Source: Eledone cirrhosa | Lineage: Eukaryota | Direction: 5' to 3' | Assembly: GCA_964016885.1 (NCBI GenBank) | Contig: OZ024744.1 | Coordinates: forward strand, 44,330,001-44,394,000 | DNA length: 64,000 nucleotides | Notes under the pieces: model-generated | Seen by the model: only the letters and a program-made list of their open reading frames with translations | Database searches by the model: none | Told to the model about the DNA's origin: nothing | Shown: piece by piece, positions 40,767 to 53,429 of the stretch | Numbering within the stretch: the first letter of the stretch is position 1 | How the letters are laid out: each line of letters starts with the position of its first letter | Program-made: the position numbers and the translations under genes

Positions 40767-42710
40767 TTGGCATTGAAAAGACCACACTTCAACCTGAAAG
40801 ATCATAAATCAAACTTTAACTCAAATCCTTCTATAAGACTTATATGTCCCTCCAAATCGGATATTGGAATAATTAGCCAAAAAAGTTTGGATAGAGTCAT
40901 CCCACAAATAAGAAAACATGTTAATTTACCACTCTGGGAAAACACTTCCCAGGTAATTAACTGGTTTAATAATATTAGATGTAAATCTTCTGCTTCATTT
41001 CTACAATTTGATATAGATAATTACTATTCTTCTATATCACCTATACTCCTGAACAAAGCTTTGATATTTGCTAAAAATAGATCTAACTTAACTTTGGATG
41101 ACATTAATATTATTACACATGATAGACTAACACTTATTGAATTTCAGAATGAATACTGGACCAGAAACACATATAGTAATCTATTTGATATTACTATGGG
41201 TTCAAGCGATTCTGCCCAAATTACTGATCTTGTGGGCCTCTTTCTTCTTTTTAACATAAATGCTTCCTTTCCCCACCTTAAAGGTGGTTTATATCGTGAT
41301 GACTGTCTTCTTCTTTCTAACAACCTTAGCCTCTCAGGAATAGAAAAAAACAAAAAGCTTATTAGAACTTTCCTTAAAGACTATTATAGTCTTCATATTA
41401 CTTTTGAAAACACAAGTAAAGTAGTTAATTTCCTAGATATAACTTTAGACTTGGCTACGGGTATCTACCAACCTTACCATAAACCCAACCAAAACTTACA
41501 CTACATACACTCACAATCTAATCACCCTAAATCTATCCTTAAAAACCTTGCATATAATATATCACTTAGAATTTCTAACCTTTTGTCTAACCAAGATGTA
41601 TTTGATAAAAATGCGACCTTCTATAACGAAGCTCTAGATAGAAGTGGCCACAAAAATAGATTGGAATATATACCTTCTACTAATAACACTATAAACATAC
41701 AACCTAATATTACCAACAAACACCAAATGAAAAGTACACACCTAAATGCCACTCACACTATACCCCAAAATACCAACATAAAACCAAATTTCTCTAACTC
41801 CTCTAATATAAAGTATAGTAACTCTCAAAAAACTACTCATCATACAACTCTAATAAATGTTAATAATAAAACTCCTAATAAACAAGCTAAAACACCTAAA
41901 TCAATAAATCTAACTAAAAATGTGCGTGGTGAGGTCATTAACATTAATCCTCCTAGTAAACATCAGGATGCATCCTATAAAAGCAATAAACAACATAGAA
42001 ACCGTAATAGACGAGTTACTTGGTATAATGCTCCATTTAATTTACAAATTAAGGATAATATACGTAAAAAAATTTTTAATATCCTAGAGAAAAACTTCCC
42101 GCCAAACCACAAATACCATCAAATCTTAAATAGATCAACAGTTAAATTCTCATACTCAACAACCCAAAACATAAAACAAAATATAAGTGCCTATAATGCA
42201 TATAAATGTAAAAAAACCATAAGTATACCACCAATACATCAAACTAACCATAATATCTCCTCAAATACAGAATTAACGAAAGGTTGTAACTGTAGAAACA
42301 AGGCAAACTGCCCATTAAAAGAAAATTGTCTTGTTAACAACATAGTTTATAAATGTAAAGTTAAAACAAAGTATTCTATTTGCGCATATATAGGAGCTAC
42401 TTCTAACAATTTTAAGGTAAGGTTTAATACCCACAAACATAGTTTTAAAAATGCCGCACTGGCTAATACAACATCTCTAGCAGAAAAAATTAATAGTTAT
42501 AGAAATAAGAATATAGAATATGATATGACCTGGAGTGTGCTCAAAAGAGCCACCCCTTATCAAAATAATAGAAATCAATGTAGATTGTGTTCCCAAGAAC
42601 TATTTGAAATAATGAAATCTAAGGATATCCTATTAAATAAGCGACAGGAATTAATTATATCGTGTAATCATAAACTGAGAAAAACATTTAAATATTATAA
42701 ACCTAATTAA
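40767..42710 (+). CDS. PLE-D RT + GIY-YIG, 647 aa uninterrupted, 5'-truncated at the inversion junction
   Basis: LKDHK, FDIDNYYSSI, ITMG, GLYRDD; CNCR..ANCPL..NC; IVYKC.V.......YIGATSNNFKVRFNTHK; CRLC..E; Asn/Thr/Lys-rich linker. Confidence 0.9.
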   Translation: MALKRPHFNLKDHKSNFNSNPSIRLICPSKSDIGIISQKSLDRVIPQIRKHVNLPLWENTSQVINWFNNIRCKSSASFLQFDIDNYYSSISPILLNKALIFAKNRSNLTLDDINIITHDRLTLIEFQNEYWTRNTYSNLFDITMGSSDSAQITDLVGLFLLFNINASFPHLKGGLYRDDCLLLSNNLSLSGIEKNKKLIRTFLKDYYSLHITFENTSKVVNFLDITLDLATGIYQPYHKPNQNLHYIHSQSNHPKSILKNLAYNISLRISNLLSNQDVFDKNATFYNEALDRSGHKNRLEYIPSTNNTINIQPNITNKHQMKSTHLNATHTIPQNTNIKPNFSNSSNIKYSNSQKTTHHTTLINVNNKTPNKQAKTPKSINLTKNVRGEVININPPSKHQDASYKSNKQHRNRNRRVTWYNAPFNLQIKDNIRKKIFNILEKNFPPNHKYHQILNRSTVKFSYSTTQNIKQNISAYNAYKCKKTISIPPIHQTNHNISSNTELTKGCNCRNKANCPLKENCLVNNIVYKCKVKTKYSICAYIGATSNNFKVRFNTHKHSFKNAALANTTSLAEKINSYRNKNIEYDMTWSVLKRATPYQNNRNQCRLCSQELFEIMKSKDILLNKRQELIISCNHKLRKTFKYYKPN

Positions 42711-43600
42711 TAATATATATTTTAGAAATTAATATATAAATTAATTTTAATGTAGTTAACCTATAATTTTAATTTAATTAAAATTCTACTACAGATGAAA
42801 TTAAAAAATATCGTATAATCATAAACTATGAAAAACATTTAAATATTATTAACATAATTAATATATACTTTGGAAATTAATATATAGATTAATTTTAGTT
42901 TATTTAACCTATTATTAAAATTCTTTTACAGATGAAATACAACAAAATATCGTGTAATTAATAACGGAGAAATACTTTTTAATATTATAAACCTAATTAA
43001 TATACAATTTAGAAATTAATATATAAATTAATTTAAATTTAGTTAACCTATAATTTTAATTTAGTTAGCCTATAATTAAAATTCTAATACAGATGGATTG
43101 CAGAATATCGTGTAATCATAAACTGAGAAAAACTTTTAAATATATACCTAATTAATATACACTTTACAAATTAATATATAGATTAATTTTAATTTAGTTA
43201 ACCTATAATTAAAATTCTACTATAGATAAAATACAAAATGTTGCTTTAATTATTATAAACCTAATTAACATATACTATAGAAATTAATATATAATTTTTA
43301 ATTTAGTTAACCTATAATTAATATTCTACTACCGATGAAATACTTAATTTGGCTTTCCCTATTACAAAATTCATTTCCTAAAATTGATACCATCATGTTA
43401 TTATTTTTAATTTAGTTATGCTATAATTAATACTCTACTACTGTTTAACTTCAAAATTCCGCTTTAAATATTATAAACCTAAGTAGTATACACCTTAGAA
43501 ATTAATATATTAACTATTTTTATTTTAGTTAACCTATAATTAATATTCTACTTATATTAAAATACATAATTTAGCCTTCTTTCTTACAAATACCATTTCC
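42657..43600 (+). repeat. AT-rich ~140-160-bp degenerate tandem repeat spanning the PLE-D stop codon and 3'UTR
   Basis: atatcgt(g/a)taat recurs at ~42657, 42808, 42947 and 43104; ttagttaacctataatt recurs further on. Confidence 0.8.
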
Positions 43601-44166
43601 TAAAACTGATACAACTATGTAAACACATATTATGATTTAACTGCAGATTAATATTCTATGTTCCTTGAAACCTATATATTTACTATTTCCCACTAATAAT
43701 GTTAATCCCCCCCCCCCAATAATTATTTGTATTTGTAAGCGTGGATGTATGGATGTGTATGTAAGTGTGTATGTATGTTTGTGTGTTTGTATGTGTGTAT
43801 AAAAATACATATGTGCGCATGTATATATATGTGTGTATACTATGTAAACACATATAATGATTTAACTGCAGATTAATATTCTATGTTCCTTGAAACCTAT
43901 ATATTTACTATTTCCCACTAATAATTTTAATCCCCCCCCCCCCATAATTATTTGTATTTGTAAGCATGGATGTATGTAAGTGTGTATGTATGTTTGTGTG
44001 TTTGTATGTGAGTATAAAAATACATATGTGCGCATGTAAATGTGTGTGTATGAGTGTATATATATATATATGTATATATATGTGTATGTATGTATGTGTA
44101 TGTATATGTATTTGTAGAGATGTGTGTATGTATGTGTATATATGTGCATATGTGTCTGACTGAGTG

Positions 44167-44245
<79 letters not shown>

Positions 44246-44415
44246 ATGTATGTCTCTATATATATGTATGTCTGAGTGTGTTGTGTGTGTGTGGTTGTGT
44301 ATATATACATGGGTATGTGTGTGTGTGTATGTGTATATATATATATATGTATGTATATGTATATATATATATATGTATATATGTATATATATGTGTGTGT
44401 ATATATATGTATATA

Positions 44416-44455
<40 letters not shown>

Positions 44456-44973
44456 GGTGTGTATTTATATGTATGGGTATATGTTTTACTTATTTTTATG
44501 TATATGCATATAAACAGGTTAATATGCGTGAGGTTAAGTATGTGTATGTGTGTGTTTGTACGTATGTATGTATCGAACGTATGGATGTGTAAATGTGCGT
44601 ATGTATATAAGCATGTATATTTTATGTCTCTCTTTTATGTTTCTTTATGTTTTTTTATATTTCTTTTGTGAGACATTCGCGTCTGTGTATGTACGTACAC
44701 CCCCCCTAATTTTTTGTTCCCCCTTTTTTTTGAGTTTTTTCCTTCTATAAAAAAATTTTTTTATTTCTAACTTTATGGATACATTTTCATAAGTATGTCG
44801 AGATTGACACTTTGCTTTAATTACTTACTCCCTTACCTCCTTTACTTCTGCATCTAAATGTAAGTGTGTGTGGGCTTGTTTATGTGAGCGCCTCAATATC
44901 CATATAGTTATAATAATAATATATACGTATGTGTGTGTGTGTGTGTGTGTATATATGTGTATGTATGTATATG

Positions 44974-45010
<37 letters not shown>

Positions 45011-45029
45011 GTGTATGCATGTATGTATA

Positions 45030-45082
<53 letters not shown>

Positions 45083-46139
45083 TGTCTGTAGATTGTAAAC
45101 ATACAGATACATTAGCCCTAAATTTTTATATTTACATACACTTTTTCAACATACGTATACATATGTACATACATTGTTATGCACATCTGTGAACGGATTT
45201 ACATACATATATACACACACCTAACTGTATTTTCTTGATGGATTTTTATGTATTTCATTGGTCTATTTAAAATCTGTTCCCAAACAGACCTGTAATTTTG
45301 AATTGTAGTTATTATCAATAAATATGCATCATTATTTCTGAAGACAGCATATATATGTGAAGGTATGTATATTCTCTTTGATAGTTTGTATAATTTTGTA
45401 CATAGATCTTTTGAATATGCATACCAATTCTAACACATATATGTCCTAGAAGCGATCGTAAAATAATGAACTTTTTTTGTTTAATATAAGGAACTGTTTC
45501 TTTGTTTATTCATTATTTTTTAAATATTTTATATATATATATATATAAATATTAACCAGTTAATATTTTTTTGCTTTTTAGTTAATTATATTGACTGATT
45601 AATCGCTTAAGTTTATTTTAAAAACAACTCGGTCCAGAGCTTTATTCGTTTTGTGCGGTTTTTGCAAATGTTTGCAATAACTACACATGCTGAATTCACT
45701 GGCCAAAATAGGGGTTTTCTCCCCTTAGAACCTCACATGTGCTTTCATAACCTGTGAGATTCAGGCGCACGAAGAACAAAAACCTGTTGAGAAAGTGATG
45801 CCTTGTTCGATCATTATACCAAAAACTTATTTTTTATAAGCAGACAGTATTATTGATTTAGATGTTGCAGAAACCCAAATTCGGAGTATTCCATCTTCCC
45901 CGAGGGTCCGGGTAACTATTTCAATCATATATTATTTTGTTTGACCCGTTTAGCTTGTTCGCTTTTTTGGTTCTAGTGGTTAATTGCTTCTTAAGCATCG
46001 TCTCAGTTTGTATGACCTTTTTAACTTATGTTTATAGCTTTGATATCTTCATATCCATGGAGCGCTTGTCTACACAATACGGAAGTTGTGTTTCGCTAAT
46101 TTCTACCCGCCGAAATGCGATTCTCGCTAAATTTATATT

Positions 46140-46190
<51 letters not shown>

Positions 46191-46303
46191 TTATATATAC
46201 ATTTATATATACATATATATATATTTTTATACATATATACACATATATATACATATATATACATATATATATATACTTATGTATATATATACATATATAT
46301 ATA

Positions 46304-46389
<86 letters not shown>

Positions 46390-46437
46390 TAAATACTTAT
46401 ATATTTATATACATATATATATACACATATATATACT

Positions 46438-46487
<50 letters not shown>

Positions 46488-46524
46488 TATATACATATAT
46501 ATATACATACATATATACATACTT

Positions 46525-46561
<37 letters not shown>

Positions 46562-46756
46562 GGAACGAGTGGGACCCCGACGGCTGAGCTCAAGCCGTTT
46601 CGACGGCTAATTCTGGACTAAAAAATATGCCGTCGGGGTCCCACTCGTTCTTATTACCCACTCGTTCCTGTTACCCACTCTACTACCCTAAGTATTGAGT
46701 ACTTTGGTGCGTTATGGTCCATCTGGTTCCTTACCACATTTCCTTCGTTATCATAA

Positions 46757-48368
46757 TCTATAAAGCTCAGTGTGTGGTCATGCTCCTTTCTTATAGAAAT
46801 CTACGATATAGAATTTCTTCAATTGAAATTTACAATTCAGTATTCGAAATAGCATCGATTGCGTCTTGGCACATCTAATTTTTTCAATTTCATCCACAAT
46901 TACGCAAAAAATAGATAAAACTCAATATTTTACGATTTTTCTGTCATTTAAACTGCTAAACTCTTTCCACTACCATTCAAAATCTATACAACTTCATACT
47001 TTCTGCTACTTTCTCTTTCCAAGCTTGATGGTGATACTGTCCGTTTTACTCTCTCATATCATCTGCTAACTCTATCTACAACCCACACATTTTGCTACTT
47101 TCTCTTTTATACTTCAAACTTACTGATTTATTTCCAAACGCATACAAACACACACTCACTTCAAATGATAAAAAAACATTTAAAGAGAGGGAGAGAGAAC
47201 GTTTATTATTACATAAAGTACCAGTAATGTACTGGGTAATTGCTGGCCTTGTGCCAAAAAAGTAGAAACAATTATTACATTTCATACGAAACGACAATTA
47301 TTCAAAAGCAACAGATACATTTATTCAACAACAAGCGATAAATCCTTTTTAAAACCTCTTTTCCAAACGCATACAAACACACACTCACTTCAACAACAAC
47401 AACAACAATCTGCCTTTTATAGATAATGATAAACAATAATATCCTCTATGAGGTCACTAAACCTGCTAGAAACAGCAGCTAACTCTCCCCCATACCACAC
47501 CCCTACCTACTGTCTTAAATTTAGAAAACATATCTTCTATGAGGTCACTAAACCTGCTAGAAACAGCAGCTAACTCTCACCCATATCACACCACTCCCTA
47601 CTGTCTTAAATTTAGAAAACACATATCCTCTATGAGGTTACTAAACCTGCTAGAAACAGCAGCTAACTCTCCCCCATATCACACCCCTCCCTACTGTCTT
47701 AAATTTAGAAAACATATCTTCTATGAGGTCACTAAACCTGCTAGAAACAGCAGCTAACTCTCACCCATATCACACCACTCCCTACTGTCTTAAATTTAGA
47801 AAACACATATCCTCTATGAGGTTACTAAACCTGCTAGAAACAGCAGCTAACTCTCCCCCATATCACACCCCTCCCTACTGTCTTAAATTTAGAAAACATA
47901 TCTTCTATGAGGTCACTAAACCTGTTAGAAACAGCAGCTAACTCTCCCCCATATCACACCACTCCCTACTGTCTTAAATTTAGAAAACACATATCCTCTA
48001 TGAGGTCACTAAACCTGCTAGAAACAACAGCTAACTCTCCCTCATATCACAACCCTCCCTACTGTCTTAAATTTAGAAAACACACAGACAACCATGCAGA
48101 ACAACTCCATCGCAGCTCTGTTGTTCGGCCGGCATCGTCTACGCGCGTGTTGCGCAAGTACTGTGAAACAATAAATTTCAACACTTTTTTGCACAGAGAT
48201 AATATCCATAGGCGAAACTACAATTGTCACTGCTGGCGCTGCTCCTGCTTCCAGGTCTGCAATTCATTCACCCAGTGCCTGGCAGACAAAAAAGTGGTGC
48301 CATAAAATGGGTGGTGCAACCTAACTTTGGTAACTTAATGACCCGAGCAACGCCGGGCTTTAATGCTA

Positions 48369-48369
<1 letters not shown>
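46757..48369 (+). mobile_element. Probable non-autonomous Helitron
   Basis: 3' end acccgagcaacgccggg hairpin, short spacer, then CTAG|T. Candidate 5' A|TC at 46757 (or 46751), which is less certain. Confidence 0.65.
47439..48085 (+). repeat. 91/93-bp alternating tandem repeat (7 units, 184-bp higher-order period)
   Basis: atgagg starts at 47448, 47539, 47632, 47723, 47816, 47907 and 48000. Confidence 0.95.
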
Positions 48370-48422
<53 letters not shown>

Positions 48423-49764
48423 CGTTGACAAATATATCAATATGCCCCGACATGCATGATGAATTATAGAACCACACTCAAGGCAATGTGCAGCATTGGA
48501 TATTGAACTCCCGCCGCCCCAGGAGGCGTCACACACAGGAGGGGTCACACCCGACTGTGAATGGATTGCAACCTCCGGAGTCAATAATCTAAACGAAAAC
48601 CACGTGGCGGAAATATAAATAAAATACCTGTCATTGACAGGTTTGGTTGTGAGTTCTCTCTTCTATATATATCTATATATTCTACAGAAATTTGCACTCA
48701 CTATAATAAACCCGTCTATTATTATAACAATATGTTCATTCTGCCACATGTGATTCTGGAAGCGGAGTTTCCTATATACATTTTTTTTCTATATGTAACG
48801 GGATAGCCATCACGATTTGTATTTACTGTGGTACAATTGTATGCGGTGCGATACATTGGTTGAACGCCAACTTGGACATACAGTGAACTTCACCTGGCAC
48901 GTTGGATTGAGCGACCGAACGTGAGGATTTTGGGGAATGCCAGTTTCTGCGGAACTGGCGTGTTTTCAATTTCCTTACATCTGTGCCGACTGTATATGTA
49001 CCATATATTTCTTTAACTCGTCGTACTTTCTTTTACTTTTTATTTTGGATTTTAGGTGTATATCCCAGACCGCCTATGGTGATAAATCCCCTGGGTATAG
49101 CTTTTGGAAAAACAGTGTTATCTCACTTAACGTTCGGAACTGGAACATATCGATGTGGTTCGTAGGGTGCGGATATGATAAGGAGAATCGATCTGTTACA
49201 AGGCGATATAATTGGAGTACACCATCCCTCATATGGACTATCATACATGTAAGGCTACACCACTGCTAACCAACAATTCTTCTCACAGACTCATGCTTGC
49301 AAACTTTATTGATCTGCCTGAACACCCTCTTTTTGCACTGCTTGTGCTTTGATGTATCTATGCTCTGCTTTATCTTATATTTTGGGGAGGTTTCCGGGAT
49401 TTTTGTTCCTTTATTGTTTTGTATTTTTATATTTATCTCTTTTCTTATCCCTGTATTTTTGTACTTTTTTTATTATTTTTTTTATTATTTTCTTATTGTT
49501 TCTGATCATGCTGAGTAATACCCTCACTCATCCCTTGCTACCCTCTCCCAACCTCTTTATCATCTATTGCACCATTTAAGTGATACATTTATGGTGTAAT
49601 TTTAAATTTTTAAATTTTTAAGATATTTTCTGACATTATGTGCATCATGTATTTTGTCTTTTTCCATATAAAGCTGAACTCAGGACCCCCTTGCTGGTCC
49701 TTTAAACTTGTCCTGGTGACGCAGCTCGATGGAGCATGCAACTACTGATATACTCTTGTTTATA

Positions 49765-49812
49765 GGCTCTGATAATTCCTGCCATGGTGTATGGATGAAA
49801 CACTGTTAGCTA
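49765..49812 (+). ncRNA. Degenerate hammerhead at the end of an old PLE-like remnant (~48700-49860)
   Basis: ggct-CTGATAA-ttcc...ggat-GAAA-cactg-TT-agct then AATAAA; an upstream RYIG*T remnant lies near 48850. Confidence 0.5.
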
Positions 49813-50014
49813 ATAAAACAATGTATTTCTAAACACTTTTTGGTTATTCCTATAACTAAATATATATATATATACATATATATGTATATATATACATATA
49901 TATACATATATACACACACACATATATATATATATATATGTGTGTGTGTGTATATATGTATATATATGTATATATACCTATATATATACATATATATATA
50001 TATACATATATATA

Positions 50015-53000
50015 TACGAGGAGGTTATAGTTCACTTGAAGCATTGTGTAATGAGGTATAAACGTTTGTATATGTATAATAAAGCCAAAACAATGCAGGT
50101 ATGGACATAGAAAAAAGATTCCAAATGCAAAAGATATTGTTGACAATTAGTCTTTTACCTTAGATTTATTTAAATATCCTTAATTTTCGAGATAATATCT
50201 CTTCTTCAGAGGGAAGTAAATCTGTTAATCCAGTGTTAAAATAGCTTGCCAAGTCATACTGACAGGAAATAGTATAGAATATCTGTTCTATCATTAATGT
50301 CAAAGAGTTAAGGTGAGGTGGATAAAAAGTAGTCTCCCTTTAAAAGGGGTTTGTTTAGGGTGTTTTTAATTTTATATATAGTGTGAGAAGATATGTCTAT
50401 ATGTAAATGTTGGGGATAGATGTTATCTCGTGTTAGAATTGGTCTTTGTGTGTGTATGTGTGTGTGTGTGAGAGAATAAGTGGATGTGTAAGCGTGTTGT
50501 GTGTGTGTGTGTGTGTGCGTGCGTGTGCGTGTGTGTGTGCGTGCGTGTGTGTGTCCGTGTGTGTGTGTTGGGTGTGTGTAAATATGGGGCTAGAAGCTCT
50601 ATCAAGTTATAAATTGGGTGTTGAGTTCTAGTCTATTATTGATTGGTGGTTGTGTTTTGTCTATAATTAGTGCTTCTTTAATTCTAAGATTGCCGAGGTT
50701 TCTTTCCTTAGTTTCTATCCTAACTGTTATGGTGTTGTCGGTGTTTTTGCATTTAACTAGGTGTTTCTTAAATGAGGAAGCGTTAGCATTGAGGTGTTCT
50801 TTTATTCTTATGTGGAGTGGTCTGGTGGTGCTACCTACGTAGAAGCAGCTTTGTTCAGGCCTAGGGAGTGGGTGGGTTCCGCCAGGTTTGAAATATCTAA
50901 GACTTGCTCTATCTCACTATGGCTCGACATAGAAACGAATTTCTGTCGGGCTGCCTACCAACTAAAATGGATATCGACTCTCGGCAACAACACCACGGAA
51001 TCTAACAAACCCAGATTCCCGATATACCAACTGGATCGCCCACTCTGTCCACCGCCTGCCAACCGCGAGCTTGAAGAAAAACTCTCGAGGCTAAAACATT
51101 CCGTATTTAACATCTTACGTAAGCAGAGTAAGATAGCCCCAAACCTCTCCTGGACACACAACTCGCCCTGAAGAACCTACGGAATAGGGAACATATATAC
51201 TTACCATCCGACAAAGGTAAAGAGTTTTGCGTCATCTCTCAAGCCACATACAACAACCTAGCCTTTGAACACCTAAGCGACAATGAATTATATACAGAGA
51301 TCCCGGACATGACTGCAGCCCAGATCGAAAAACAGACCAACTCCATCTTGTTCGATATCTGTATGAGAAGACAACTCCCAAATAAAGTTAAGCTCAACTA
51401 CACCACTAGAAATAGCAGACTGCCCACTTTCTACCACCTCATCAAGACCCACAAGAATAGTACTAAGACGCAAATAAGAGCCATCGTCTCTAGCATAGAA
51501 GGACCCCTATACAAAATTTCCTGGCAACCTCTCCCAAGTCCTCAAGCCTCTACTCTCCACCTTTCCCGGGCATGTCAGTAGCTCCGACGAAGTTATACGT
51601 AGACTACACCAACTCCAGCCAGAACAACTTAAACTAAATAGATACGCCTTTAGCCTCGACGTTGACTCCCTCTACACTACAGTCCCCGCTCATCCAGCTG
51701 TCGATTTATTGACGGACTGCGTGGTCGCAGAGGACATCCACTGCTACGGACCCCATCCGACGGACATACACCAGCTTTTTCCCTTCACAGTAGACAACAC
51801 GTACTTCACCTTCCACCACCACACATACAGACAGACAACAGGATTACCCATGGGATCCAGCCTATCGGGCCTGCTGGCTATCACCTATATGAACCAACTA
51901 GAATGCCGAGCCCTCAACACCTGCCATTTCCATACCTTCTTCACCCGATATGTAAATGACATACTCATCCTTGCATCATCCCGTGAGGAGGCGGATAAAA
52001 TATACACAACATTCTCCAGCATGGACGCCAGTATAAAGTTCAGCATGGAACCACCGATGACCGCGGATCCCTATCCCTACTGGACTTCCAACTCAGGGTA
52101 ACAGAGGAAGGCAACATCTACACCTGCTTCTATAAAAAAAAGCCGCCAACAGGGACCTGTTCGTACATTTCAGATCGCCCCCCCCCCCCCCAGACGGCGC
52201 TAAGTTCGGATACATAAGGAACGAACTACATGTATCCGGAACAAATGCACCGACGCTAGAGACCGAGACACACACACCACACATTTCATGGAAGTACTCA
52301 AACTGAACGGATACAAGACATCCACCACAAACCGTGCCAGAACGAACAGAGGATAACACACCCGAGGCACTAACACTTGCTTCCTGAAGCTCCAACATTT
52401 CAGTGACGAAACAACAACAGCCATCCGCAGAGCTATCAGACGAGAGGGACTAGATATCCAACTGGCCCACTCAGGTCCTTCTCTACGCGGACAGCTAACC
52501 AAAAGACACTCCACCAGACATGACAACTGCTGCAGGCTAGCCAACTGCCCCATCAACGACAGAAGACCTATGCCACCAGGCTTATGTCGTATACAGACCA
52601 GAGTGTGACAAATGCAGCAACTTCTACGTAGGTAGCACCACCAGACCACTCCACATAAGAATAAAAAAACACCTCAATACTAACGCTTCCTCATTTAAGA
52701 AACACCTAGTTAAATGCAAAAACAGCAACAAAACCATAACTGTTAGGATAGAAACTAAGGAAAGAAACCTCGGCAATCTTAGAATTAAGGAAGCACTAAT
52801 TATAGACAAAACACAACCACCGATCAATAATAGACTAGAACTCAACACCCAATTTATAACTTGATAGAGCTTCTAGCCCCATATTTACACACACCCCACA
52901 CACACACTCGCACACACACATGCATACACACGCACACACACACACAACACGCTTACACCTCCACTTATTCTCTCTCTCTCACACACACACACACAAAGAC

Positions 53001-53429
53001 CAGTTCTAACACGAGATAACATCTATCCCCCACATTTACGTATAGACATATCTTCTCACACTCACACACACACACTCACATACTTACACCTTCATGCATA
53101 CTCCCACACACTTAAACAGGCATGTACAAAAAAAACCTTTTAAAGGGAGACTACTCTTTATCCACCTAACCTTAACTCTTTGACATTAGAGATAGAACAG
53201 ATATTCTATACTATTTCCTGTCAGCATGACTTGGCATGCTATTTAGAACACTAGTTTAACCGCTTTACTTCCCTCCGAAGAGAAGATATTATCTCGAAAA
53301 TTAAGGACTTTTAAATAAATCTAAGGTAAATGACTAATTGTCAACAATATCTTTTGCATTTGCATTCTTTATTCTATGTCCATACCTGCATTGTTTTGGC
53401 TTTATTATACATATACAAACGTTTATACC
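50015..53429 (+). mobile_element. PLE family C copy 2: inverted 3' segment (50015-50845, -) plus decayed body (50915-53429, +)
   Basis: Same protein as 22298-23845 with frameshifts and YVDD>YVND; the 3'UTR is cut ~40 bp short where the satellite starts. Confidence 0.92.

Larger units (their letters stand above)
38778..45532 (+). mobile_element. Penelope-like element family D with ~2-kb inverted repeats (38778-40768 and 43602-45532)
   Basis: The left arm is the reverse complement of the 3'UTR, including its microsatellites and an internal ~240-bp duplication. Confidence 0.93.

Noticed and set aside
40767-42710. Bacterial retron, group II intron, DGR RT or telomerase
   Set aside because: RT followed by GIY-YIG with an HHR-bearing 3'UTR is the PLE architecture; no prokaryotic context or TERT-specific domains.
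47539-48305. Repeated MRSLNLLETAANS peptides
   Set aside because: Translation of the 91/93-bp tandem repeat; the frame shifts at the 91-bp units.
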